Shown here one piece after another: positions 63,631 through 64,000 of a DNA stretch of 64,000 nt. Source of the DNA: Octopus bimaculoides (lineage: Eukaryota); the NCBI RefSeq assembly GCF_001194135.2, contig NC_069001.1:18913791-18977790 (forward strand). The letters run 5' to 3'. A program made the position numbers and the translations under genes. The first letter of the stretch is position 1. The number at the start of each line of letters is the position of its first letter. Below the pieces are notes generated by a model. The model was given only the letters and a program-made list of their open reading frames with translations, ran no database searches and was not told the origin of the DNA.

Positions 63631-63655
63631 CGCTTGGGCATTTGAGAGAATCTAA

Positions 63656-64000
63656 TTTTCACGTCAGAAATTTGGACACCTTTTCCACATCTTTTTAATG
63701 GATAACTGGAAAAGATATTTGGATGATTGTTTCATCATATGGAATGAACCCTATGAAAAACTTCTAGAATTCAAATCCATTCTTAATAACATACATCCCA
63801 ACATTCAATTCACTATGGAATTCAGCAAACATCATCTCCCTTTTCTTGATCTCTTAATCATAAAAACACCTAATAACCAAATCACAACCGACATCTACCA
63901 CAAACCTACAGACTCACAACAATACCTCCTTTTTAGCTCATGCCACCCAAAACACACCAAGATAAATATCCCCTTTAATTTAGCTAAAAGAATTTGCACC
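63656..64000 (+). mobile_element. Penelope-like element RT, open to the window end
   Basis: Uninterrupted frame ...WKRYLDDCFIIW...LNNIHPNIQFTME...LPFLDLLI...TTDIYHKPTDSQQYL.F.SCHPKHTK.NIPFNLAKRICT, a typical PLE RT C-terminal half. Confidence 0.9.

Overview
AT-rich (CpG-poor) eukaryotic DNA made up almost entirely of nested transposon debris. The repeat families point to an octopus/cephalopod genome; this is an inference from recalled repeat families, not a database hit. No intact host protein-coding gene is recognisable. The window contains six minus-strand RLE-type (R4/Dong-like) LINE fragments, several RTE-type LINE copies and tails, many tRNA-derived SINEs, seven Tc1/mariner-family relics, hAT and piggyBac-type MITEs, Helitron/Helentron derivatives, a young small LTR element with a 4-bp TSD, a Gypsy gag relic, three Penelope-like pieces and seven assembly gaps. 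The most notable observations are: a minimal hammerhead-ribozyme-like motif with an atypical core in a Penelope-type tail (40624-40660, minus); a well-formed 36-nt micro-exon (39936-39971, plus) suggesting the window may be intronic; several local template-switch/fold-back structures; and satellites arising inside transposon ends. I found no convincing wholly new multi-gene system. Most ORFs in the supplied track are spurious or are transposon fragments.
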